Source: an uncultured Actinomycetes bacterium (GTDB taxonomy: Bacteria > Actinomycetota > UBA4738 > HRBIN12). Taken from it: a stretch of 64,000 bases of DNA. Positions 56,962 through 64,000 of this stretch are shown here, piece by piece. Within the stretch, counting starts at the first letter, position 1; every line of letters begins with the position of its first letter. The position numbers and the translations under genes are program-made. The notes under the pieces are model-generated. The model ran no database searches, was not told where the DNA came from, and saw nothing but the letters and a program-made list of their open reading frames with translations. The stretch is taken from positions 105,349 through 169,348 of the forward strand of contig CAVVVF010000003.1 of NCBI GenBank assembly GCA_963751665.1. Direction: 5' to 3'.

Positions 56962-57624
56962 CTACGGCGTCGGGGAGGCCGTGGGGCTGGGCGTCAGCGT
57001 GGGGCTCGGTGAAGGCGAGGGAGACGGTGAAGGCGACGGCGAGGGCGACGGCGAAGGCGACGGCGAAGGAGAAGGTGGGGGAAGCTCCTGCTGGACGGGG
57101 CCGTCGTCGGGGACGCGATCCAGGCACGTCCGAGGACACGACGGGCCGGTGAACTGGGTCACCACCCACCAGGAGTAGGACGTCCGGTTCGGCCCGAACC
57201 GAAGCTTGTCCAGGCCCACTGACAGGGTCGCGCCCTCCGGACCCTTCTTTCGGACGGCGATCCGTCCGACGATCGTGTCCGGACCACGAGGCCGCCGGCG
57301 GAACAGCCTCCCGACAAGGTCGCGTCCGTTCGACCGTGCGACGGCGATGTAGTCCTCCTCCGCGTCTCCGCGCGTGTCGAGGAGCACCAAGATGAACCCG
57401 CTGTCCCGGATGTCCCCCGCGGTCCAGTAGGCGAACGTGTGGATGGTCCACGTTGGCGGGCTGGGCTCGGCCGTGAACGCCACCGTCCTGACGTCGAGGC
57501 GACCCGCGGTGTCGTTTCCGTCCGCGTAGTCGTCGTGCGCCGCGAGCGCCATGGGAAGGCTCATCAGCAGGAGCCCTCCCAACAGCACGCCGGCGAGACA
57601 CGCTAGGCCTAGGCTTTGCCTCAC
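56962..57624 (-). CDS. Secreted hypothetical protein ending in a (Ser-Pro)n tail; last gene of the mau-like operon
   Basis: GTG 57624 (GTGA overlap with the MauE-like stop) inside ORF 56962..58044. Signal peptide VRQSLGLACLAGVLLGGLLLMSLPMALA|AHDD, a globular part of about 150 aa, then PPPSPSPSPS...TLTPSPTASPTP. Confidence 0.65.
   Translation of the reverse strand: MRQSLGLACLAGVLLGGLLLMSLPMALAAHDDYADGNDTAGRLDVRTVAFTAEPSPPTWTIHTFAYWTAGDIRDSGFILVLLDTRGDAEEDYIAVARSNGRDLVGRLFRRRPRGPDTIVGRIAVRKKGPEGATLSVGLDKLRFGPNRTSYSWWVVTQFTGPSCPRTCLDRVPDDGPVQQELPPPSPSPSPSPSPSPSPSPSPSPSPSPTLTPSPTASPTP
57006..57078. repeat. Hexanucleotide tandem repeat encoding (Ser-Pro)n
   Basis: GGTGAAGGCGAGGGAGACGGTGAAGGCGACGGCGAGGGCGACGGCGAAGGCGACGGCGAAGGAGAAGG on the plus strand. 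It reads as about 12 SP units on the minus strand. Confidence 0.8.
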
Positions 57625-58751
57625 GTGGTCCTCCTGGCGCGGAGGGATCGGAGGGATGAGGCGAGCGTCCACGCCGTCACCACAAGACCGGTAACCACGA
57701 GGGCCGCCGGGAGCGCGTCGCCGGCTGTTGGAAGGCCCGGCAGGGCGGGGCGGGGCGCGTCGGAGCCGCCGAAGGCGGCGATCGACGCGCCGCCGGCCAG
57801 GACTGCGTTTCGAAGGAGCAGGATCCGGTAGTCCCGCGGCTCGCTGGTCCCGAAGCATCCACAAGCCACCGCGTCCCCGAGCCGCCGGCGCGCCTGGAGG
57901 ATCGCGGCCGAGAAGGCGGCCAGCATCACCAGGGCGGCGACTCCGGCCGTCCGGTGCATCCCCAGCACGACCAGGCCAACGACCGCGGCCTCGGCGACCG
58001 GCACCCCGACCCCTGAAGTCCGCTCCAACCACTGCGGCAGCCAATAGGCCGCCAGGACCCGGCGCCAGGAGTCGGGACGAGCGAGCTTGGCCCCGGCCGA
58101 CCAGGCGAACGCGGCACCGAGCACGGCCGCGGCCATCCCGGCGATGTGCAGGTCACCCGTCGGGAGCACGGCCGCTGCGGCCACGGCCACCGCGAGGAGC
58201 GCCGCGACGTGGGCCGCTCGCCAAGCCGGGGAGGAGGCGCTCCGGGCCAGCCGGGCCACCATCGTCGAGCCCTCCTCGGGCGATCGCACCCGAGCCGCCA
58301 CGAGCACCGACAGGCCTCGGGCCAGCCCGAACGGGGCCACGATGGCCGCCCCCACGAGGGGCCTCCCCGAGGCGGCCGCGGCCAACGCCACCACCACCAG
58401 CGTCCCATGGGTGAGGTACGTGAGGAACCCGACGCCCAGCCCCGCCCCGTACAGGAAGGCCGCCACCGGTACGGAGAAGAACGTCCGCCACCACTGTGGG
58501 ACTTGCCTACGGAGCTGCGGCACCGGCATCGACAGGACGCTCGCCTCTCGCACCAGGTACAGCGCGGCGACGAGAGCGATGAGGAGCGCCCCGCTCCCTC
58601 CCCATGGCGCCCCGAGCAACGAGCCCGCCGCACCGAGGATCGCGCCGAAGGCCGCCGCGGACGCCACCGCGCCCGTCACGTGGAGCGAGACGCTTCCAGC
58701 CCACCTTCCGGCTCGTCCCCCGTGGACCACGGGGGTGATGGTCTCCACCAT
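57621..58751 (-). CDS. Polytopic membrane protein; the C-terminal half is MauE/DoxX-like (CGCFG motif), the N-terminal half is unassigned
   Basis: Track ORF, 376 aa, about 9-10 TM helices. The C-terminal part ...AAFSAAILQARRRLGDAVACGCFGTSEPRDYRILLLRNAVL matches the MauE hallmark as I remember it. Confidence 0.65.
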   Translation of the reverse strand: MVETITPVVHGGRAGRWAGSVSLHVTGAVASAAAFGAILGAAGSLLGAPWGGSGALLIALVAALYLVREASVLSMPVPQLRRQVPQWWRTFFSVPVAAFLYGAGLGVGFLTYLTHGTLVVVALAAAASGRPLVGAAIVAPFGLARGLSVLVAARVRSPEEGSTMVARLARSASSPAWRAAHVAALLAVAVAAAAVLPTGDLHIAGMAAAVLGAAFAWSAGAKLARPDSWRRVLAAYWLPQWLERTSGVGVPVAEAAVVGLVVLGMHRTAGVAALVMLAAFSAAILQARRRLGDAVACGCFGTSEPRDYRILLLRNAVLAGGASIAAFGGSDAPRPALPGLPTAGDALPAALVVTGLVVTAWTLASSLRSLRARRTT

Positions 58752-58831
58752 CGAGAGCCCTCAGGGACCGAAGAGCGTGGAGATGCCCGCGACGATCGAC
58801 GCGACGACCACGGCGATCGTTACGGGCTCGC

Positions 58832-59359
58832 TCAACATGCCATGTTGAGCTCCCGGTACGCGATGCAGAAGACTCGAAGGGCGTCCGGGCAGTACCCCCG
58901 AACCGAGGCGTCGCCGTTGATACGGATGTTCGAGGTCGAGCAGCAGTCCTGGATGTGGCGGACCCGCCCGGCGCAGCATCGGCTCCAGCCACCCCCGTAG
59001 CGCGGATCCTTCACCCCCGGATACTCGTCGGGGACCCGGGTCTGGCAGATCTTCCTTCGTCGCTGTCGGGGGTCTGTGTAGATCCGGCCGTCGTCGTCCA
59101 CGGGATAGCCGTGAACCGGATGCACCGGGTAGCCGAAGGCGTCAACACGCGTGAGTGGTGCGAACGGGTGCGGGCACGACCCGGTGGTGTACAGGTGGCC
59201 GCAGATGTGGTGGGCTTCCGCCCGCTCGGGCGCGAGCGCGACGGCGACGAACGATCCGCCAGCCAGGGCGACCACGGCCCGTCCCACCTTGCCCAGGAAC
59301 GAGCGCCTGCTCGTCCGGCGGGCCAGCTCGACGGGCATGCGGGCGAGCTCGGGGCGCAT
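58832..59359 (-). CDS. Tat-exported Cys-rich small protein resembling methylamine dehydrogenase light chain (MauA-like)
   Basis: Track ORF, 175 aa. Tat signal TSRRSFLGKVGRAVVALAGGSFVAVALAPERAEA. The mature region has 10 Cys and one Trp, with core GGGWSRCCAGRVRHIQDCCS. The start ATG overlaps the MauD-like stop (TGATG). Confidence 0.6.
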   Translation of the reverse strand: MRPELARMPVELARRTSRRSFLGKVGRAVVALAGGSFVAVALAPERAEAHHICGHLYTTGSCPHPFAPLTRVDAFGYPVHPVHGYPVDDDGRIYTDPRQRRRKICQTRVPDEYPGVKDPRYGGGWSRCCAGRVRHIQDCCSTSNIRINGDASVRGYCPDALRVFCIAYRELNMAC

Positions 59360-59856
59360 CAGCCCGCCCGGGCCTCCTGGAGCTCAGAGGTCATCCGGCG
59401 GGCGGCCGTGTCGACCAGCCCCTCCAACTGTTCCAGGTCATTCACCGTGCCCTTGGCCCTGACGACCCCGGACGGGTCGAGGATCACGACGAACGGAACG
59501 CCCGGGACGGCCCAGGCCCGCTCGGCCTCCGGATCGGACACGACCTGCGGGACCAGCCCCGCCGCCCTCGCCGCCGCGGGGACCGACGGGCGGACCTGCT
59601 CGCAGACCGGACAGGTCGAGGACTCGAACACGACCAGGCGGCCACCGCCCGGGCCTCCCAGGTCGACGGCCGAGCCGTCCGCCGCCCTGGCGCGAAGAAG
59701 GGGCGGCGTCTGGCCGAGCGGCGGCCCCTCGTCGTCGATCTCCAGGGCGCCGAGCGGGCCCAGCCGAAGGTGCAGCACGCCGACCTGGCGGGCCAGGGCC
59801 ACGACCACGACGCACACTGCGATGAGCAGGAACCACTGGACGGCGAAGGCTGCCAT
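59359..59856 (-). CDS. Membrane-anchored thioredoxin-fold protein (MauD/TlpA-like, CPVC motif)
   Basis: ATG 59856 (or GTG 59871) inside ORF 59359..60522. TM helix MAAFAVQWFLLIAVCVVVVALA, then LVVFESSTCPVCEQV and GVPFVVILDPSGVV. Confidence 0.7.
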   Translation of the reverse strand: MAAFAVQWFLLIAVCVVVVALARQVGVLHLRLGPLGALEIDDEGPPLGQTPPLLRARAADGSAVDLGGPGGGRLVVFESSTCPVCEQVRPSVPAAARAAGLVPQVVSDPEAERAWAVPGVPFVVILDPSGVVRAKGTVNDLEQLEGLVDTAARRMTSELQEARAG

Positions 59857-59876
59857 CCACCACCCCGGCACGAGCG

Positions 59877-60497
59877 CTAGGCCTCCCCCCGCGCGGGGAC
59901 GGACTCGACCTCGGTCAGGTCCACGAAGGGGAGCTTCTCCGGGGCCATCCAGCTCGGCTCTCCCTTCTTGTCCATGAACTGGATCACCGGCGTGCCCTCC
60001 GCCGTGAGTCCCATGATGGCCCGGAGCTCGCCGTCCTTGTTCAACAGGCGCAGGATGGGCGAGCCCTCGGCTGCCAGGCCCAGCCTGGCCCGCACCTTCC
60101 CGTCCTCGTCCTGGAGCGAGATGGTGGGAGATCCCTGCTGCGCCAGGCTGTACACGAAGCCGAGCTGTCCGTCCTTGTTCCGGAGCGCGAGCGTCGGCGA
60201 GCCCTCGGTCGACAGTCCGAACTTCGCCCGGACCTTCCCGTTGTGGTCCACCATGGCCATGCTGGCCGAGCCGTCTGAGAACAGGCCGAAGGTGGCTCGG
60301 ACCTTGCCCTCGTCGTCGGCGATGGCCAGGCCGGCGGAGCCGTCGAGCTGAACCCCGAACCGGGCCCGCAGCCGCTCGTCCGGGCCGTAGAACGCGACGA
60401 ACGGCGAGTCGTCGTTCGTCACCCCAAGCCGGGCCCGCACTCGCCCTTGCGAATCCTCGACCTCGATCTCGCCCGTGCGTACGACGCGTTTCTTCAT
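59877..60497 (-). CDS. Repeat protein: about 8 tandem 23-residue units; first gene of the mau-like operon
   Basis: Track ORF, 206 aa. Units such as GLAIADDEGKVRATFGLFSDGSA, SMAMVDHNGKVRAKFGLSTEGSP, TISLQDEDGKVRARLGLAAEGSP and ILRLLNKDGELRAIMGLTAEGTP. No signal peptide or TM helix. Confidence 0.7.
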   Translation of the reverse strand: MKKRVVRTGEIEVEDSQGRVRARLGVTNDDSPFVAFYGPDERLRARFGVQLDGSAGLAIADDEGKVRATFGLFSDGSASMAMVDHNGKVRAKFGLSTEGSPTLALRNKDGQLGFVYSLAQQGSPTISLQDEDGKVRARLGLAAEGSPILRLLNKDGELRAIMGLTAEGTPVIQFMDKKGEPSWMAPEKLPFVDLTEVESVPARGEA

Positions 60498-60639
60498 GGT
60501 TCTGCCCCTCGCTGCCAGCCACCCGTGCTCGCCGCTAGCATGGCGCGACCGGCGACCTATCGCAAAGTACCCGGGTACGGGTGGGGGTCAAGCACATCGA
60601 AGGGATGGCGGGATCGGTCGGCGGGGCCGGAAATGAGAA

Positions 60640-60667
60640 GCCGCCGAAACCCGAAGGTCCCAGCGGC
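60640..60667 (-). terminator. Intrinsic-terminator-like hairpin after the OSBS/NSAR-like gene
   Basis: On the minus strand: GCCGCUGGGACC-UUCG-GGUUUCGGCGGC (12 bp including 3 G-U pairs), followed by UUCUCAUUUCC. It lies 62 nt after the stop at 60729 and separates that operon from the mau-like operon. Confidence 0.5.
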
Positions 60668-60728
60668 CTCTCGGACTGCACTGTACGGGACGGCGAGTTC
60701 GCCGGTCAAGCCGCGCCTCCTTGTCTTG

Positions 60729-61842
60729 TCACTCTTTCTTCAGAACCTCGGTCCGCAGGGTGCACTGGGCCAGCCGGTCGGGACGGGGTATCACGCCGAT
60801 CCCCGGGTCTGCTGGCACCGCCATCGTGCCGTCCGGATCCATGTCGAACGGTTCGGTGATGTCGTCGTGGAAGTACCGCCGGCTCGCGCTGGTGTCGCCG
60901 GGGAGCACGAAGCCGGGGAGCGCGGCGAGCGCCAGGTTGGTGGCCCGGCCGATCCCGGTCTCCAGCATGCCCCCGCACCACACCGGTACGCCTCGGGCAA
61001 GGCAGGCGTCGTGGACACGCTTCGCCTCCAAGAGGCCGCCGACCCTGCCCTGCTTGACGTTCACGATGCGGCACGAGCCGAGCTCGATCGCCGCCTCCGC
61101 ATGGGCCGCCGAGCGGATCGACTCGTCGAGGCAGATGTCGGTCCGGATCTCGCCGCTGGAGCTTGGCGTGCTCGACCAGGTCCTCGTGATGGAGCGGCTG
61201 CTCCAGCATCAGAAGGTCGAAGCGATCGAGCGCCCGGAAGGTCGGGGCGTCGTCGAGCGAGTAGGCCGCGTTCGCGTCGACCGACAGGCTGGCTACCGGG
61301 TTCGCCTCCCGGACCGCCGCGACACGGTCGACGTCGAGGCCCGGCTGGATCTTGAGCTTGACGCGGCGATATCCCTCGGCCATGTACCCGGCCACCTCCT
61401 CCAGCAGCTGTTCGGTGCTCGGCGGGATGCCGACCGACACGCCGCACGCCACGCGGTCCTTGTCGGCGCCGAGGTACGCGGCGAGGGACTCACCCCGGGC
61501 CCGGAGCTCCGCATCCAGGACCGCGTTCACCAGGGTGGCCTTAGCCATAGGGTTCCCCCGGACGAAGGCGAAGACGCCACCGAGGTCCTCGGCCCGGACC
61601 TCGCCGGCTTCGAACAGCGCCGGCGCCAGGAAGTCCCGGAGGAGGAGCCACGCGCCCTCGTTGAACTCCTCGGAGAAGCCGGGGTCGGGCCCGGCGACGC
61701 ACTCCGCCCACCCCTCGGCGTCGTCGGTCTCCACCCTAGCCAGGATGCAGGCCTTCTCGGTCTCCTCGCCGAAGCTGGTGCGGAACGGACGGACCAGGGG
61801 GAGCGCGATCAGGCGGAGCTCGATCGCTCGGGCGACCGTCAT
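60729..61842 (-). CDS. Enolase-superfamily o-succinylbenzoate synthase / N-succinylamino-acid racemase-like enzyme; 1 frameshift as given
   Basis: ATG 61842 inside ORF 60706..61941 (LPLVRPFRTSFGEE, KLKIQPG, SLSVDANAAY, MLEQPL). A shift near 61150 gives RTDICLDESI..., then ORF 60729..61064 (VNVKQGRVGG, WCGGMLETGIGRA). Confidence 0.78.
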
Positions 61843-62696
61843 GCCAGTTCGCCGGCCGCGGTGGCCGGAACCGTAAGGACGTACCTCGGCCCCTCGGGCT
61901 CGCGGGTGAAACCGAGCACGATCATGCCGAGGTCGAAGCACCGGCCGAGGACCTCGCCCACGGCGTCACGCCACTCCGAGGCGAGAGCGGGATCCCGTTC
62001 CTTGAGTCCCGAGTAGTCGGCTGGGATGCTCACTCGCACGGTCCCGCCCGCCGCCACCCTCGGCTCCTCCCCCCGCTCCGGCTTGGGCATCCCCAGCGGC
62101 CCGCTCGCACGGAGGGCCGCCACCTCCGGCCCAATTGGGGCCGCGTATGGCGCGATCACGTGATCCAGGTCCCATCGGACCACGAGCCGGTCGCTCCGGT
62201 CGCCACGGTTCAGCACATCGCGTCATCGCGCCGTAGAAGTTCCGATGGAACCGGTCGCACAACACGCCGAGCTTGTTTAGGTTGAAGTGGGCGTTTCGGG
62301 CCTGGAGCGGATCGAAGGTCCACCGGACCACGCGATAGCCCGCATCCATGGCCTGCGCCCGTTGCGCCAGCTTCAGTGCGTAGCCGACGCCACGGGACCG
62401 CAACCCTGGGAGAACCGCCAGCATGTGCGAGTGCACGTGCGGCCCATCCCGGTCCAAGCCCACCCACCCAGGACGTAGCCGACCAGCTCGCCCTGCCGGA
62501 ACGCCCCGTACGGCTCGTTGCCGCTGTCGGCCAGGGCCCGGAGCATCTCCCGGGGAACGAGCTGGTGCTCTCCCCAGGTCGCCACCATCACACGGAGGAT
62601 CCGATCGGCGTCCTCGATGGCCGACAGTGGCCGGACCTCGACGTCCGCCGCCATCGCGGCGTCCTCCGCCAGCTTCCAGGCATCGTTCCCCGCCAT
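61839..62696 (-). CDS. GNAT-family acyltransferase-like protein; 2 frameshifts as given
   Basis: ATG 62696 in ORF 62373..62720, then ORF 61966..62463 (HVHSHMLAVLPGLRSRGVGYALKLAQ), then ORF 61839..62216. Shifts lie near 62466 and 62221. The stop overlaps the next ATG (ATGA). Confidence 0.6.
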
Positions 62697-62795
62697 GGCG
62701 CGCGCGAGTCTACCCCGCACCGTTCACGGACCGAGGAAGGCGAAGGGCCCGTGCCGCCGGCACGGGCCCTTCACCCACGTCCTCTTGCCTGAGGG

Positions 62796-62972
62796 CTAGC
62801 CGCCCTCGGGAGGCGGAAGCTCCTGCCACTCGTCCTCGCCGAAGTCCTGTCCCCGCCGGCGCTTGAAGAACGCCACGACCCCGGCGATGATCGCGCCTAT
62901 GAACGCAAGCCGCAGCAGCTTCCCGAAGAAGCCGCGCTTCTTCTTCTCGTCAGATCCGGTGTCCCCACCCAT
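62796..62972 (-). CDS. 58-aa single-TM small protein (MGGDTGSDEKKKRGFFGKLLRLAFIGAIIAGVVAFFKRRRGQDFGEDEWQELPPPEGG)
   Basis: ATG 62972, 23 nt downstream of the tRNA-Ile 3' end on the same strand; stop 62796..62798. It resembles small membrane proteins found next to this tRNA in other actinobacteria (from memory). Below the track cutoff. Confidence 0.45.
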   Translation of the reverse strand: MGGDTGSDEKKKRGFFGKLLRLAFIGAIIAGVVAFFKRRRGQDFGEDEWQELPPPEGG

Positions 62973-62994
62973 CAGGGTCCATCTCCTTTCGCAG

Positions 62995-63069
62995 TGGGCC
63001 TGGTTGGACTTGAACCAACGACCTCATCCTTATCAGGGATGCGCTCTAACCGTGCTGAGCTACAGGCCC
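62995..63069 (-). tRNA. tRNA-Ile (anticodon GAT)
   Basis: Reverse complement reads GGGCCTG...CAGGCCC for the acceptor. Anticodon stem CATCC/GGATG with loop CTGATAA. T-arm GTTGG-TTCAAGT-CCAAC. 75 nt; CCA is not encoded. Confidence 0.9.
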
Positions 63070-63109
63070 GAAGGAGCCGCCACATGACCTCCTACCGCGG
63101 CCGTGGGCA

Positions 63110-63139
63110 AGCCTACGCATGGCTCGAACGGGCTGTCAA
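63110..63139 (-). promoter_or_regulatory. Candidate sigma-70-type promoter for tRNA-Ile
   Basis: On the minus strand: TTGACA (complement of 63134..63139), an 18-nt spacer, then TAGGCT (complement of 63110..63115). It ends about 40 nt upstream of the tRNA 5' end. Confidence 0.4.
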
Positions 63140-63186
63140 TGTTCCGTCTGACCTGGGCGTTCTCGTTCGCGGAGCTGCGCGCGCCG

Positions 63187-63972
63187 TCAGTGCCGCTCGG
63201 ACAGCGTGACGTCGATGCCGCCGATCACGTCGGAGATGAGGTTGTACAGGAACGCGATGAACAGGTTGATCAGCGACCAGATGACGACCATGGCCAGGCC
63301 CAGCACCGTGAGCCGCGCGAAGATCCAGCCCCCGTGGATCGAGAACGACTTGTCCGCGAACAGGTTGCGGGCGAACTCGGTGACGTGCTCGAGCGCTCCA
63401 ACCGCTCCCAGGATCCCGTACAGCATCGCCAGGGCCAGCAGGATCACCGTCACCACGCAGAGGTAGAAGAGCAGCGAGAACTTGAACACCGACCACGGCC
63501 CGACCTTCCGGAGCACCACGCGGGTCTGCCGAGCCTTCCTCCGGGGACCCCGTCTGATCTCCGGAGGCATGGTGGCGACGACCCCGGCGGCCGGCGCGGC
63601 CGCGGGAGAGGGTTCGGTTGCCAGGCCTGGTTCGTCCATCGGGCTCCTCGGGTTCCCCGTCTTTCTACGCGGCCGGAACCCCGTCGGCAACAACCCTTGA
63701 CCGGGCCAGGCGGGGGAGAGGTTCCCGGGCGGTCCGAACAGCGCCCGGCTGTGCACGGGGATGAGCACGGCCAGGGCCCCCACGCCCAGGACCCAGTCGC
63801 CGAGCCCCGCGTGCTCCTGAACCAACAGGGCGCCGGCGCCGAGCGCGGCGCCGCCCGCGGCGGGCACGGAGATAGCCAGTCGCGGGGAGGACCGCCCCCA
63901 CAGGACGAACGCCCCGTACAGCCCGGCACCGGTGCCGGCGACGATCAGCGTGAGGCCGGCCAGGGCGTTCAC
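63187..63972 (-). CDS. DUF3566-like membrane protein (Rv0007-type); the ORF carries an extra N-terminal membrane segment, with an alternative start at 63639
   Basis: Track ORF, 261 aa. The C-terminal 150 aa from ATG 63639 (RRGPRRKARQTRVVLRKVGPWSVFKFSLLFYL...LYNLISDVIGGIDVTLSE) have the DUF3566 pattern. The upstream 111 codons in the same frame encode 2-3 TM helices. Confidence 0.7.
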   Translation of the reverse strand: MNALAGLTLIVAGTGAGLYGAFVLWGRSSPRLAISVPAAGGAALGAGALLVQEHAGLGDWVLGVGALAVLIPVHSRALFGPPGNLSPAWPGQGLLPTGFRPRRKTGNPRSPMDEPGLATEPSPAAAPAAGVVATMPPEIRRGPRRKARQTRVVLRKVGPWSVFKFSLLFYLCVVTVILLALAMLYGILGAVGALEHVTEFARNLFADKSFSIHGGWIFARLTVLGLAMVVIWSLINLFIAFLYNLISDVIGGIDVTLSERH

Positions 63973-64000
63973 GGATGCGATTATGGAGCCCCTCCTCGGG

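Noticed and set aside
57006-57078. Short tandem repeats here (and at 43631..43785 and 47780..47880), considered as a possible CRISPR or satellite array
   Set aside because: The period is 6-15 nt with no spacers, and the repeats lie inside ORFs. They translate to (Ser-Pro)n, Gly/Ser and Pro/Glu low-complexity tails. They are coding repeats, not CRISPR.
51787-62972. Prophage, ICE or IS element in the accessory region around tRNA-Ala and tRNA-Ile
   Set aside because: No integrase, recombinase, transposase, phage structural or conjugation motifs were recognised in any frame. Only the att-like repeat supports past mobility.

Overview
High-GC, Actinomycetota-type chromosomal segment, densely coding on both strands: about 70 protein genes and 3 tRNAs. 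I saw no rRNA, CRISPR array, transposase or integrase. The backbone is the conserved actinobacterial oriC-proximal block known from M. tuberculosis Rv0007-Rv0020c. Read left to right it runs tRNA-Leu, fhaA-fhaB-pstP-rodA-pbpA-pknB ... crgA ... tRNA-Ala ... tRNA-Ile, DUF3566 gene. Large inserts break it up: a ThyX-like gene with a complete hisDCBHAFIG operon, aceA, gltB with a divergent glnR-like regulator, small catabolic modules, fadD, a penicillin-acylase homologue, thiolase, gdh, mntH, a glycosyltransferase, an orphan CoxL-type molybdoenzyme, a PQQ sugar dehydrogenase and a large membrane-anchored coiled-coil protein. The window starts inside larB-larC. Many well-conserved genes can only be rebuilt by joining 2-7 reading frames. 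I count about 20 single-base shifts between 8.96 and 17.75 kb, nearly all +1, and more elsewhere, while other long genes (gltB, 4.5 kb) are intact. I treat these as probable consensus errors and give whole-gene coordinates. The most unusual content is the accessory DNA around the two backbone tRNAs. (i) Between tRNA-Ile and tRNA-Ala lies a tightly coupled minus-strand operon with MauD-like, MauA-like (Tat-exported, 10 Cys, single Trp) and MauE-like genes plus two unknown partners, but no MauB heavy chain or MauG. (ii) Downstream of tRNA-Ala, a 4.3-kb segment bounded by a 22-nt exact copy of the tRNA 3' end carries an ECF sigma factor and tandemly duplicated membrane-anchored PD40 propeller genes. 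All functional calls come from by-eye motif recognition; no database search was run.
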